64,000 bases of DNA, taken from the NCBI GenBank assembly GCA_964057225.1, contig OZ059894.1:19220001-19284000 (forward strand), written 5' to 3'. Within the stretch, counting starts at the first letter, position 1. Each line of letters begins with the position of its first letter. Source of the stretch: Auanema rhodensis (Eukaryota; Animalia; Nematoda). Below, piece by piece: positions 1-15,000 of the stretch. The notes beneath the pieces are model-generated. The model worked only from the letters and a program-made list of their open reading frames with translations. It was not told the DNA's origin and searched no databases. A program made the position numbers and the translations under genes.

Positions 1-3000
1 TCGAAAAATTTCAAGATAAATTAGCAAAAAGTAGATGTTTTTAGATTCCTTTTTTCAAGGCAAAGACGATGGACAATGTTATTCAACGAAAAAATTAATT
101 TATCAGGGTGAAAATCGAGGATATAAGTGTGAACTTATATCAGTTGATATCTCGGTGCATTTTTAAGCTAGCGCAAATCTGATAACACAGATCGACGCAG
201 CTTAAAAATCCGCATCGAATGCACTATACTACATTGAGAAACGCTTAATACAAAAATTAGTTATGATCGTTTGAAAAATGATCCATTAGTGTATGTTGAG
301 TTTCCATGTACACTCAACATTGCTTCCAAAAACATTTTGACAAAAATTTTTTCGAAAAATTTCAAGATAAATTAGCAAAAAGTAAATGTTCTTAGATTGC
401 TTTTTTCAAGGCAAAGACGATGGACAATGATATTCAACGAAAAAATTAATTCTTCAGGGTGAAAATCGAGGATATAAGTGTGAACTTATATCAGTTGATA
501 TCTCGGTGCATTTTTAAGCTAGCGCAAATCTGATAACACAGATCGACGCAGCTTAAAAATCCGCATCGAATGCACTATACTACATTGAGAGACGCTTAAT
601 ACAAAAATTAGTTATGATCGTTTGAAAAATGATGCATTAGTGTATGTTGAGTTTCCATGTACACTCAACATTGCTTCCAAAAACATTTTGACAAAAATTT
701 TTTCGAAAAATTTCAAAATAAATTAGCAAAAAGTAGATGTTTTTAGATTCCTTTTTTCAAGGCAAAGACGATGGACAATGTTATTCAACGGAAAAATTAA
801 TTTTTCAGGGTGAAAATCGAGGATATAAGTGTGAACTTATATCAGTTGATATCTCGGTGCATTTTTAAGCTAGCGCAAATCTGATAACACAGATCGACGC
901 AGCTTAAAAATCCGCATCGAATGCACTATACTACATTGAGAAACGCTTAATACAAAAATTAGTTATGATCGTTTGAAAAATGATGCATTAGTGTATGTTG
1001 AGTTTCCATGTACACTCAACATTGCTTCCAAAAACATTTTGACAAAAATGTTTTCGAAAAATTTCAAAATAAATTAGCAAAAAGTAGATGTTTTTAGATT
1101 CCTTTTTTCAAGGCAAAGACGATGGACAATGTTATTCAACGAAAAAATTAATTTTTCAAGGTGAAAATCGAGGATATAAGTGTGAACTTATATCAGTTGA
1201 TATCTCGGTGCATTTTTAAGCTAGCGCAAATCTGATAACACAGATCGACGCAGCTTAAAAATCCGCATCGAATGCACTATACTACATTGAGAAACGCTTG
1301 ATACAGAAATTAGTTATGATCGTTTGAAAAATGATCCATTAGTGTATGTTGAGTTTCCATGTACACTCAACATTGCTTCCAAAAACATTTTGACAAAAAT
1401 TTTTTCGAAAAATTTCAAGATAAATTAGCAAAAAGTAGCTGTTTTTAGATTCCTTTTTTCAAGGCAAAGACGATGGACAATGTTATTCAACGGAAAAATT
1501 AATTTTTCAGGGTGAAAATCGAGGATATAAGTGTGAACTTATATCAGTTAATATCTCGGTGCATTTTTAAGCTAGCGCAAATCTGATAACACAGATCGAC
1601 GCAGCTTAAAAATCCGCATCGAATGCACTATACTACATTGAGAAACGCTTAATACAAAAATTAGTTATGATCGTTTGAAAAATGATGCATTAGTGTATGT
1701 TGAGTTTCCATGTACACTCAACATTGCTTCCAAAAACATTTTGACAAAAATGTTTTCGAAAAATTTCAAAATAAATTAGCAAAAAGTAGATGTTTTTAGA
1801 TTCCTTTTTTCAAGGCAAAGACGATGGACAATGTTATTCAACGAAAAAATTAATTTTTCAAGGTGAAAATCGAGGATATAAGTGTGAACTTATATCAGTT
1901 GATATCTCGGTGCATTTTTAAGCTAGCGCAAATCTGATAACACAGATCGACGCAGCTTAAAAATCCGCATCGAATGCACTATACTACATTGAGAAACGCT
2001 TAATACAAAAATTAGTTATGATCGTTTGAAAAATGATGCATTAGTGTATGTTGAGTTTCCATGTACACTCAACATTGCTTCCAAAAACATTTTGACAAAA
2101 ATGTTTTCGAAAAATTTCAAAATAAATTAGCAAAAAGTAGATGTTTTTAGATTCCTTTTTTCAAGGCAAAGACGATGGACAATGTTATTCAACGAAAAAA
2201 TTAATTTTTCAAGGTGAAAATCGAGGATATAAGTGTGAACTTATATCAGTTGATATCTCGGTGCATTTTTAAGCTAGCGCAAATCTGATAACACAGATCG
2301 ACGCAGCTTAAAAATCCGCATCGAATGCACTATACTACATTGAGAAACGCTTGATACAGAAATTAGTTATGATCGTTTGAAAAATGATCCATTAGTGTAT
2401 GTTGAGTTTCCATGTACACTCAACATTGCTTCCAAAAACATTTTGACAAAAATTTTTTCGAAAAATTTCAAGATAAATTAGCAAAAAGTAGCTGTTTTTA
2501 GATTCCTTTTTTCAAGGCAAAGACGATGGACAATGTTATTCAACGGAAAAATTAATTTTTCAGGGTGAAAATCGAGGATATAAGTGTGAACTTATATCAG
2601 TTAATATCTCGGTGCATTTTTAAGCTAGCGCAAATCTGATAACACAGATCGACGCAGCTTAAAAATCCGCATCGAATGCACTATACTACATTGAGAAACG
2701 CTTAATACAAAAATTAGTTATGATCGTTTGAAAAATGATGCATTAGTGTATGTTGAGTTTCCATGTACACTCAACATTGCTTCCAAAAACATTTTGACAA
2801 AAATGTTTTCGAAAAATTTCAAAATAAATTAGCAAAAAGTAGATGTTTTTAGATTCCTTTTTTCAAGGCAAAGACGATGGACAATGTTATTCAACGAAAA
2901 AATTAATTTTTCAAGGTGAAAATCGAGGATATAAGTGTGAACTTATATCAGTTGATATCTCGGTGCATTTTTAAGCTAGCGCAAATCTGATAACACAGAT

Positions 3001-6000
3001 CGACGCAGCTTAAAAATCCGCATCGAATGCACTATACTACATTGAGAAACGCTTGATACAGAAATTAGTTATGATCGTTTGAAAAATGATCCATTAGTGT
3101 ATGTTGAGTTTCCATGTACACTCAACATTGCTTCCAAAAACATTTTGACAAAAATTTTTTCGAAAAATTTCAAGATAAATTAGCAAAAAGTAGCTGTTTT
3201 TAGATTCCTTTTTTCAAGGCAAAGACGATGGACGATGTTATTCAACGAAAAAATCAATTTTTCAGGGTGAAAATCGAGGATATAAGTGTGAACTTATATC
3301 AGTTGATATCTCGGTGCATTTTTAAGCTAGCGCAAATCTGATAACACAGATCGACGCAGCTTAAAAATCCGCATCGAATGCACTATACTACATTGAGAAA
3401 CGCTTGATACAGAAATTAGTTATGATCGTTTGAAAAATGATCCATTAGTGTATGTTGAGTTTCCATGTACACTCAACATTGCTTCCAAAAACATTTTGAC
3501 AAAAATTTTTTCGAAAAATTTCAAGATAAATTAGCAAAAAGTAGATTTTTTTAGATTGCTTTTTTCAAGGCAAAGACGATGGACAATGATATTCAACGAA
3601 AAAATTAATTCTTCAGGGTGAAAATCGAGGATATAAGTGTGAACTTATATCAGTTGATATCTCGGTGCATTTTTAAGCTAGCGCAAATCTGATAACACAG
3701 ATCGACGCAGCTTAAAAATCCGCATCGAATGCACTATACTACATTGAGAAACGCTTGATACAGAAATTAGTTATGATCGTTTGAAAAATGATCCATTAGT
3801 GTATGTTGAGTTTCCATGTACACTCAACATTGCTTCCAAAAACATTTTGACAAAAATTTTTTCGAAAAATTTCAAAATAAATTAGCAGAAAGTAGATGTT
3901 TTTAGATTGCTTTTTTCAAGGCAAAGACGATGGACAATGTTATTCAACGAAAAAATTAATTCTTCAGGGTGAAAATCGAGGATATAAGTGTGAACTTATA
4001 TCAGTTGATATCTCGGTGCATTTTTAAGCTAGCGCAAATCTGATAACACAGATCGACGCAGCTTAAAAATCCGCATCGAATGCACTATACTACATTGAGA
4101 AACGCTTAATACAAAAATTAGTTATGATCGTTTGAAAAATGATGCATTAGTGTATGTTGAGTTTCCATGTACACTCAACATTGCTTCCAAAAACATTTTG
4201 ACAAAAATTTTTTCGAAAAATTTCAAGATAAATTAGCAAAAAGTAGATGTTTTTAGATTGCTTTTTTCAAGGCAAAGACGATGGACAATGTTATTCAACG
4301 AAAAAATTAATTTTTCAGGGTGAAAATCGAGGATATAAGTGTGAACTTATATCAGTTGATATCTCGGTGCATTTTTAAGCTAGCGCAAATCTGATAACAC
4401 AGATCGACGCAGCTTAAAAATCCGCATCGAATGCACTATACTACATTGAGAAACGCTCAATACAAAAATTAGTTATGATCGTTTGAAAAATGATCCATTA
4501 GTGTATGTTGAGTTTCCATGTACACTCAACATTGCTTCCAAAAACATTTTGACAAAAATTTTTTCGAAAAATTTCAAGATAAATTAGCAAAAAGTAGATT
4601 TTTTTAGATTGCTTTTTTCAAGGCAAAGACGATGGACAATGATATTCAACGAAAAAATTAATTCTTCAGGGTGAAAATCGAGGATATAAGTGTGAACTTA
4701 TATCAGTTGATATCTCGGTGCATTTTTAAGCTAGCGCAAATCTGATAACACAGATCGACGCAGCTTAAAAATCCGCATCGAATGCACTATACTACATTGA
4801 GAAACGCTTGATACAGAAATTAGTTATGATCGTTTGAAAAATGATCCATTAGTGTATGTTGAGTTTCCATGTACACTCAACATTGCTTCCAAAAACATTT
4901 TGACAAAAATTTTTTCGAAAAATTTCAAAATAAATTAGCAAAAAGTAGATGTTTTTAGATTGCTTTTTTCAAGGCAAAGACGATGGACAATGTTATTCAA
5001 CGAAAAAATTAATTCTTCAGGGTGAAAATCGAGGATATAAGTGTGAACTTATATCAGTTGATATCTCGGTGCATTTTTAAGCTAGCGCAAATCTGATAAC
5101 ACAGATCGACGCAGCTTAAAAATCCGCATCGAATGCACTATACTACATTGAGAAACGCTCAATACAAAAATTAGTTATGATCGTTTGAAAAATGATCCAT
5201 TAGTGTATGTTGAGTTTCCATGTACACTCAACATTGCTTCCAAAAACATTTTGACAAAAATTTTTTCGAAAAATTTCAAAATAATTTAGCAAAAAGTAGA
5301 TGTTTTTAGATTGCTTTTTTCAAGGCAAAGACGATGGACAATGTTATTCAATGAAAAAATTAATTCTTGAGGGTGAAAATCGAGGCTATAAGTGTGAACT
5401 TATATCAGTTGATATCTCGGTGCATTTTTAAGCTAGCGCAAATCTGATAACACAGATCGACGCAGCTTAAAAATCCGCATCGAATGCACTATACTACATT
5501 GAGAAACGCTTAATACAAAAATTAGTTACGATCGTTTGAAAAATGATGCATTAGTGTATGTTGAGTTTCCATGTACACTCAACATTGCTTCCAAAAACAT
5601 TTTGACAAAAATTTTTTCGAAAAATTTCAAGATAAATTAGCAAAAAGTAGATGTTTTTAGATTCCTTTTTTCAAGGCAAAGACGATGGACGATGTTATTC
5701 AACGAAAAAATTAATTTATCAGGGTGAAAATCGAGGATATAAGTGTGAACTTATATCAGTTGATATCTCGGTGCATTTTTAAGCTAGCGCAAATCTGATA
5801 ACACAGATCGACGCAGCTTAAAAATCCGCATCGAATGCACTATACTACATTGAGAAACGATTGATACAGAAATTAGTTATGATCGTTTGAAAAATGATCC
5901 ATTAGTGTATGTTGAGTTTCCATGTACACTCAACATTGCTTCCAAAAACATTTTGACAAAAATTTTTTCGAAAAATTTCAAGATAAATTAGCAAAAAGTA

Positions 6001-9000
6001 AATGTTCTTAGATTGCTTTTTTCAAGGCAAAGACGATGGACAATGATATTCAACGAAAAAATTAATTCTTCAGGGTGAAAATCGAGGATATAAGTGTGAA
6101 CTTATATCAGTTGATATCTCGGTGCATTTTTAAGCTAGCGCAAATCTGATAACACAGATCGACGCAGCTTAAAAATCCGCATCGAATGCACTATACTACA
6201 TTGAGAGACGCTTAATACAAAAATTAGTTATGATCGTTTGAAAAATGATGCATTAGTGTATGTTGAGTTTCCATGTACACTCAACATTGCTTCCAAAAAC
6301 ATTTTGACAAAAATTTTTTCGAAAAATTTCAAAATAAATTAGCAAAAAGTAGATGTTTTTAGATTCCTTTTTTCAAGGCAAAGACGATGGACAATGTTAT
6401 TCAACGGAAAAATTAATTTTTCAGGGTGAAAATCGAGGATATAAGTGTGAACTTATATCAGTTGATATCTCGGTGCATTTTTAAGCTAGCGCAAATCTGA
6501 TAACACAGATCGACGCAGCTTAAAAATCCGCATCGAATGCACTATACTACATTGAGAAACGCTTAATACAAAAATTAGTTATGATCGTTTGAAAAATGAT
6601 GCATTAGTGTATGTTGAGTTTCCATGTACACTCAACATTGCTTCCAAAAACATTTTGACAAAAATTTTTTCGAAAAATTTCAAAATAAATTAGCAAAAAG
6701 TAGATGTTTTTAGATTCCTTTTTTCAAGGCAAAGACGATGGACAATGTTATTCAACGGAAAAATTAATTTTTCAGGGTGAAAATCGAGGATATAAGTGTG
6801 AACTTATATCAGTTGATATCTCGGTGCATTTTTAAGCTAGCGCAAATCTGATAACACAGATCGACGCAGCTTAAAAATCCGCATCGAATGCACTATACTA
6901 CATTGAGAAACGCTTAATACAAAAATTAGTTATGATCGTTTGAAAAATGATGCATTAGTGTATGTTGAGTTTCCATGTACACTCAACATTGCTTCCAAAA
7001 ACATTTTGACAAAAATGTTTTCGAAAAATTTCAAAATAAATTAGCAAAAAGTAGATGTTTTTAGATTCCTTTTTTCAAGGCAAAGACGATGGACAATGTT
7101 ATTCAACGAAAAAATTAATTTTTCAAGGTGAAAATCGAGGATATAAGTGTGAACTTATATCAGTTGATATCTCGGTGCATTTTTAAGCTAGCGCAAATCT
7201 GATAACACAGATCGACGCAGCTTAAAAATCCGCATCGAATGCACTATACTACATTGAGAAACGCTTAATACAAAAATTAGTTATGATCGTTTGAAAAATG
7301 ATGCATTAGTGTATGTTGAGTTTCCATGTACACTCAACATTGCTTCCAAAAACATTTTGACAAAAATTTTTTCGAAAAATTTCAAGATAAATTAGCAAAA
7401 AGTAAATGTTCTTAGATTGCTTTTTTCAAGGCAAAGACGATGGACAATGATATTCAACGAAAAAATTAATTCTTCAGGGTGAAAATCGAGGATATAAGTG
7501 TGAACTTATATCAGTTGATATCTCGGTGCATTTTTAAGCTAGCGCAAATCTGATAACACAGATCGACGCAGCTTAAAAATCCGCATCGAATGCACTATAC
7601 TACATTGAGAGACGCTTAATACAAAAATTAGTTATGATCGTTTGAAAAATGATGCATTAGTGTATGTTGAGTTTCCATGTACACTCAACATTGCTTCCAA
7701 AAACATTTTGACAAAAATTTTTTCGAAAAATTTCAAAATAAATTAGCAAAAAGTAGATGTTTTTAGATTCCTTTTTTCAAGGCAAAGACGATGGACAATG
7801 TTATTCAACGGAAAAATTAATTTTTCAGGGTGAAAATCGAGGATATAAGTGTGAACTTATATCAGTTGATATCTCGGTGCATTTTTAAGCTAGCGCAAAT
7901 CTGATAACACAGATCGACGCAGCTTAAAAATCCGCATCGAATGCACTATACTACATTGAGAGACGCTTAATACAAAAATTAGTTATGATCGTTTGAAAAA
8001 TGATGCATTAGTGTATGTTGAGTTTCCATGTACACTCAACATTGCTTCCAAAAACATTTTGACAAAAATTTTTTCGAAAAATTTCAAAATAAATTAGCAA
8101 AAAGTAGATGTTTTTAGATTCCTTTTTTCAAGGCAAAGACGATGGACAATGTTATTCAACGGAAAAATTAATTTTTCAGGGTGAAAATCGAGGATATAAG
8201 TGTGAACTTATATCAGTTGATATCTCGGTGCATTTTTAAGCTAGCGCAAATCTGATAACACAGATCGACGCAGCTTAAAAATCCGCATCGAATGCACTAT
8301 ACTACATTGAGAAACGCTTAATACAAAAATTAGTTATGATCGTTTGAAAAATGATGCATTAGTGTATGTTGAGTTTCCATGTACACTCAACATTGCTTCC
8401 AAAAACATTTTGACAAAAATTTTTTCGAAAAATTTCAAAATAAATTAGCAAAAAGTAGATGTTTTTAGATTCCTTTTTTCAAGGCAAAGACGATGGACAA
8501 TGTTATTCAACGGAAAAATTAATTTTTCAGGGTGAAAATCGAGGATATAAGTGTGAACTTATATCAGTTGATATCTCGGTGCATTTTTAAGCTAGCGCAA
8601 ATCTGATAACACAGATCGACGCAGCTTAAAAATCCGCATCGAATGCACTATACTACATTGAGAAACGCTTAATACAAAAATTAGTTATGATCGTTTGAAA
8701 AATGATGCATTAGTGTATGTTGAGTTTCCATGTACACTCAACATTGCTTCCAAAAACATTTTGACAAAAATGTTTTCGAAAAATTTCAAAATAAATTAGC
8801 AAAAAGTAGATGTTTTTAGATTCCTTTTTTCAAGGCAAAGACGATGGACAATGTTATTCAACGAAAAAATTAATTTTTCAAGGTGAAAATCGAGGATATA
8901 AGTGTGAACTTATATCAGTTGATATCTCGGTGCATTTTTAAGCTAGCGCAAATCTGATAACACAGATCGACGCAGCTTAAAAATCCGCATCGAATGCACT

Positions 9001-12000
9001 ATACTACATTGAGAAACGCTTAATACAAAAATTAGTTATGATCGTTTGAAAAATGATGCATTAGTGTATGTTGAGTTTCCATGTACACTCAACATTGCTT
9101 CCAAAAACATTTTGACAAAAATTTTTTCGAAAAATTTCAAGATAAATTAGCAAAAAGTAAATGTTCTTAGATTGCTTTTTTCAAGGCAAAGACGATGGAC
9201 AATGATATTCAACGAAAAAATTAATTCTTCAGGGTGAAAATCGAGGATATAAGTGTGAACTTATATCAGTTGATATCTCGGTGCATTTTTAAGCTAGCGC
9301 AAATCTGATAACACAGATCGACGCAGCTTAAAAATCCGCATCGAATGCACTATACTACATTGAGAGACGCTTAATACAAAAATTAGTTATGATCGTTTGA
9401 AAAATGATGCATTAGTGTATGTTGAGTTTCCATGTACACTCAACATTGCTTCCAAAAACATTTTGACAAAAATTTTTTCGAAAAATTTCAAAATAAATTA
9501 GCAAAAAGTAGATGTTTTTAGATTCCTTTTTTCAAGGCAAAGACGATGGACAATGTTATTCAACGGAAAAATTAATTTTTCAGGGTGAAAATCGAGGATA
9601 TAAGTGTGAACTTATATCAGTTGATATCTCGGTGCATTTTTAAGCTAGCGCAAATCTGATAACACAGATCGACGCAGCTTAAAAATCCGCATCGAATGCA
9701 CTATACTACATTGAGAAACGCTTAATACAAAAATTAGTTATGATCGTTTGAAAAATGATGCATTAGTGTATGTTGAGTTTCCATGTACACTCAACATTGC
9801 TTCCAAAAACATTTTGACAAAAATGTTTTCGAAAAATTTCAAAATAAATTAGCAAAAAGTAGATGTTTTTAGATTCCTTTTTTCAAGGCAAAGACGATGG
9901 ACAATGTTATTCAACGAAAAAATTAATTTTTCAAGGTGAAAATCGAGGATATAAGTGTGAACTTATATCAGTTGATATCTCGGTGCATTTTTAAGCTAGC
10001 GCAAATCTGATAACACAGATCGACGCAGCTTAAAAATCCGCATCGAATGCACTATACTACATTGAGAAACGCTTAATACAAAAATTAGTTATGATCGTTT
10101 GAAAAATGATGCATTAGTGTATGTTGAGTTTCCATGTACACTCAACATTGCTTCCAAAAACATTTTGACAAAAATGTTTTCGAAAAATTTCAAAATAAAT
10201 TAGCAAAAAGTAGATGTTTTTAGATTCCTTTTTTCAAGGCAAAGACGATGGACAATGTTATTCAACGAAAAAATTAATTTTTCAAGGTGAAAATCGAGGA
10301 TATAAGTGTGAACTTATATCAGTTGATATCTCGGTGCATTTTTAAGCTAGCGCAAATCTGATAACACAGATCGACGCAGCTTAAAAATCCGCATCGAATG
10401 CACTATACTACATTGAGAAACGCTTGATACAGAAATTAGTTATGATCGTTTGAAAAATGATCCATTAGTGTATGTTGAGTTTCCATGTACACTCAACATT
10501 GCTTCCAAAAACATTTTGACAAAAATTTTTTCGAAAAATTTCAAGATAAATTAGCAAAAAGTAGATGTTTTTAGATTCCTTTTTTCAAGGCAAAGACGAT
10601 GGACGATGTTATTCAACGAAAAAATCAATTTTTCAGGGTGAAAATCGAGGATATAAGTGTGAACTTATATCAGTTGATATCTCGGTGCATTTTTAAGCTA
10701 GCGCAAATCTGATAACACAGATCGACGCAGCTTAAAAATCCGCATCGAATGCACTATACTACATTGAGAAACGCTTGATACAGAAATTAGTTATGATCGT
10801 TTGAAAAATGATCCATTAGTGTATGTTGAGTTTCCATGTACACTCAACATTGCTTCCAAAAACATTTTGACAAAAATTTTTTCGAAAAATTTCAAGATAA
10901 ATTAGCAAAAAGTAGATTTTTTTAGATTGCTTTTTTCAAGGCAAAGACGATGGACAATGATATTCAACGAAAAAATTAATTCTTCAGGGTGAAAATCGAG
11001 GATATAAGTGTGAACTTATATCAGTTGATATCTCGGTGCATTTTTAAGCTAGCGCAAATCTGATAACACAGATCGACGCAGCTTAAAAATCCGCATCGAA
11101 TGCACTATACTACATTGAGAAACGCTTGATACAGAAATTAGTTATGATCGTTTGAAAAATGATCCATTAGTGTATGTTGAGTTTCCATGTACACTCAACA
11201 TTGCTTCCAAAAACATTTTGACAAAAATTTTTTCGAAAAATTTCAAAATAAATTAGCAAAAAGTAGATGTTTTTAGATTGCTTTTTTCAAGGCAAAGACG
11301 ATGGACAATGTTATTCAACGAAAAAATTAATTCTTCAGGGTGAAAATCGAGGATATAAGTGTGAACTTATATCAGTTGATATCTCGGTGCATTTTTAAGC
11401 TAGCGCAAATCTGATAACACAGATCGACGCAGCTTAAAAATCCGCATCGAATGCACTATACTACATTGAGAAACGCTTAATACAAAAATTAGTTATGATC
11501 GTTTGAAAAATGATGCATTAGTGTATGTTGAGTTTCCATGTACACTCAACATTGCTTCCAAAAACATTTTGACAAAAATTTTTTCGAAAAATTTCAAGAT
11601 AAATTAGCAAAAAGTAGATGTTTTTAGATTGCTTTTTTCAAGGCAAAGACGATGGACAATGTTATTCAACGAAAAAATTAATTTTTCAGGGTGAAAATCG
11701 AGGATATAAGTGTGAACTTATATCAGTTGATATCTCGGTGCATTTTTAAGCTAGCGCAAATCTGATAACACAGATCGACGCAGCTTAAAAATCCGCATCG
11801 AATGCACTATACTACATTGAGAAACGCTCAATACAAAAATTAGTTATGATCGTTTGAAAAATGATCCATTAGTGTATGTTGAGTTTCCATGTACACTCAA
11901 CATTGCTTCCAAAAACATTTTGACAAAAATTTTTTCGAAAAATTTCAAGATAAATTAGCAAAAAGTAGATTTTTTTAGATTGCTTTTTTCAAGGCAAAGA

Positions 12001-15000
12001 CGATGGACAATGATATTCAACGAAAAAATTAATTCTTCAGGGTGAAAATCGAGGATATAAGTGTGAACTTATATCAGTTGATATCTCGGTGCATTTTTAA
12101 GCTAGCGCAAATCTGATAACACAGATCGACGCAGCTTAAAAATCCGCATCGAATGCACTATACTACATTGAGAAACGCTTGATACAGAAATTAGTTATGA
12201 TCGTTTGAAAAATGATCCATTAGTGTATGTTGAGTTTCCATGTACACTCAACATTGCTTCCAAAAACATTTTGACAAAAATTTTTTCGAAAAATTTCAAA
12301 ATAAATTAGCAAAAAGTAGATGTTTTTAGATTGCTTTTTTCAAGGCAAAGACGATGGACAATGTTATTCAACGAAAAAATTAATTCTTCAGGGTGAAAAT
12401 CGAGGATATAAGTGTGAACTTATATCAGTTGATATCTCGGTGCATTTTTAAGCTAGCGCAAATCTGATAACACAGATCGACGCAGCTTAAAAATCCGCAT
12501 CGAATGCACTATACTACATTGAGAAACGCTTAATACAAAAATTAGTTACGATCGTTTGAAAAATGATGCATTAGTGTATGTTGAGTTTCCATGTACACTC
12601 AACATTGCTTCCAAAAACATTTTGACAAAAATTTTTTCGAAGAATTTCAAAATAAATTAGCAAAAAGTAGATGTTTTTAGATTCCATTTTTCAAGGCAAA
12701 GACGATGGACAATGTTATTCAACGAAAAAATTAATTCTTCAGGGTGAAAATCGAGGATATAAGTGTGAACTTATATCAGTTGATATCTCGGTGCATTTTT
12801 AAGCTAGCGCAAATCTGATAACACAGATCGACGCAGCTTAAAAATCCGCATCGAATGCACTATACTACATTGAGAAACGCTCAATACAAAAATTAGTTAT
12901 GATCGTTTGAAAAATGATCCATTAGTGTATGTTGAGTTTCCATGTACACTCAACATTGCTTCCAAAAACATTTTGACAAAAATTTTTTCGAAAAATTTCA
13001 AAATAATTTAGCAAAAAGTAGATGTTTTTAGATTGCTTTTTTCAAGGCAAAGACGATGGACAATGTTATTCAATGAAAAAATTAATTCTTGAGGGTGAAA
13101 ATCGAGGCTATAAGTGTGAACTTATATCAGTTGATATCTCGGTGCATTTTTAAGCTAGCGCAAATCTGATAACACAGATCGACGCAGCTTAAAAATCCGC
13201 ATCGAATGCACTATACTACATTGAGAAACGCTTAATACAAAAATTAGTTACGATCGTTTGAAAAATGATGCATTAGTGTATGTTGAGTTTCCATGTACAC
13301 TCAACATTGCTTCCAAAAACATTTTGACAAAAATTTTTTCGAAAAATTTCAAAATAAATTAGCAAAAAGTAGATGTTTTTAGAATCCATTTTTCAGGGCA
13401 AAGACGATGGACAATGTTATTCAACGAAAAAATTAATTCTTCAGGGTGAAAATCGAGGATATAAGTGTGAACTTATATCAGTTGATATCTCGGTGCATTT
13501 TTAAGCTAGCGCAAATCTGATAACACAGATCGACGCAGCTTAAAAATCCGCATCGAATGCACTATACTACATTGAGAAACGCTTAATACAAAAATTAGTT
13601 ATGATCGTTTGAAAAATGATGCATTAGTGTATGTTGAGTTTCCATGTACACTCAACATTGCTTCCAAAAACATTTTGACAAAAATTTTTTCGAAAAATTT
13701 CAAGATAAATTAGCAAAAAGTAAATGTTTTTAGATTCCTTTTTTCAAGGCAAAGACGATGGACAATGTTATTCAACGAAAAAATTTATTTTTCAGGGTGA
13801 AAATCGAGGATATAAGTGTGAACTTATATCAGTTGATATCTCGGTGCATTTTTAAGCTAGCGCAAATCTGATAACACAGATCGACGCAGCTTAAAAATCC
13901 GCATCGAATGCACTATACTACATTGAGAAACGCTTGATACAGAAATTAGTTATGATCGTTTGAAAAATGATCCATTAGTGTATGTTGAGTTTCCATGTAC
14001 ACTCAACATTGCTTCCAAAAACATTTTGACAAAAATTTTTTCGAAAAATTTCAAAATAATTTAGCAAAAAGTAGATGTTTTTAGATTGCTTTTTTCAAGG
14101 CAAAGACGATGGACAATGTTATTCAACGAAAAAATTAATTCTTGAGGGTGAAAATCGAGGATATAAGTGTGAACTTATATCAGTTGATATCTCGGTGCAT
14201 TTTTAAGCTAGCGCAAATCTGATAACACAGATCGACGCAGCTTAAAAATCCGCATCGAATGCACTATACTACATTGAGAAACGCTTAATACAAAAATTAG
14301 TTACGATCGTTTGAAAAATGATGCATTAGTGTATGTTGAGTTTCCATGTACACTCAACATTGCTTCCAAAAACATTTTGACAAAAATGTTTTCGAAAAAT
14401 TTCAAAATAATTTAGCAAAAAGTAGATGTTTTTAGATTGCTTTTTTCAAGGCAAAGACGATGGACAATGTTATTCAACGAAAAAAATTAATTCTTGAGGG
14501 TGAAAATCGAGGATATAAGTGTGAACTTATATCAGTTGATATCTCGGTGCATTTTTAAGCTAGCGCAAATCTGATAACACAGATCGACGCAGCTTAAAAA
14601 TCCGCATCGAATGCACTATACTACATTGAGAAACGCTTAATACAAAAATTAGTTACGATCGTTTGAAAAATGATGCATTAGTGTATGTTGAGTTTCCATG
14701 TACACTCAACATTGCTTCCAAAAACATTTTGACAAAAATTTTTTCGAAAAATTTCAAAATAAATTAGCAAAAAGTAGATGTTTTTAGAATCCATTTTTCA
14801 AGGCAAAGACGATGGACAATGTTATTCAACGAAAAAATTAATTCTTGAGGGTGAAAATCGAGGATATAAGTGTGAACTTATATCAGTTGATATCTCGGTG
14901 CATTTTTAAGCTAGCGCAAATCTGATAACACAGATCGACGCAGCTTAAAAATCCGCATCGAATGCACTATACTACATTGAGAAACGCTTAATACAAAAAT

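Noticed and set aside
40-270. Ancient internal sub-repeat within the monomer (gattc..cgatgg versus gacgc..gaatgc segments)
   Set aside because: The resemblance is only loose and the spacing is inconsistent. It cannot be supported without an alignment test.
1-14040. Apparent 7020-bp higher-order repeat
   Set aside because: This is a display artefact: 20x351 is a multiple of the 60-base line length. Diagnostic variants do not consistently recur at that offset.
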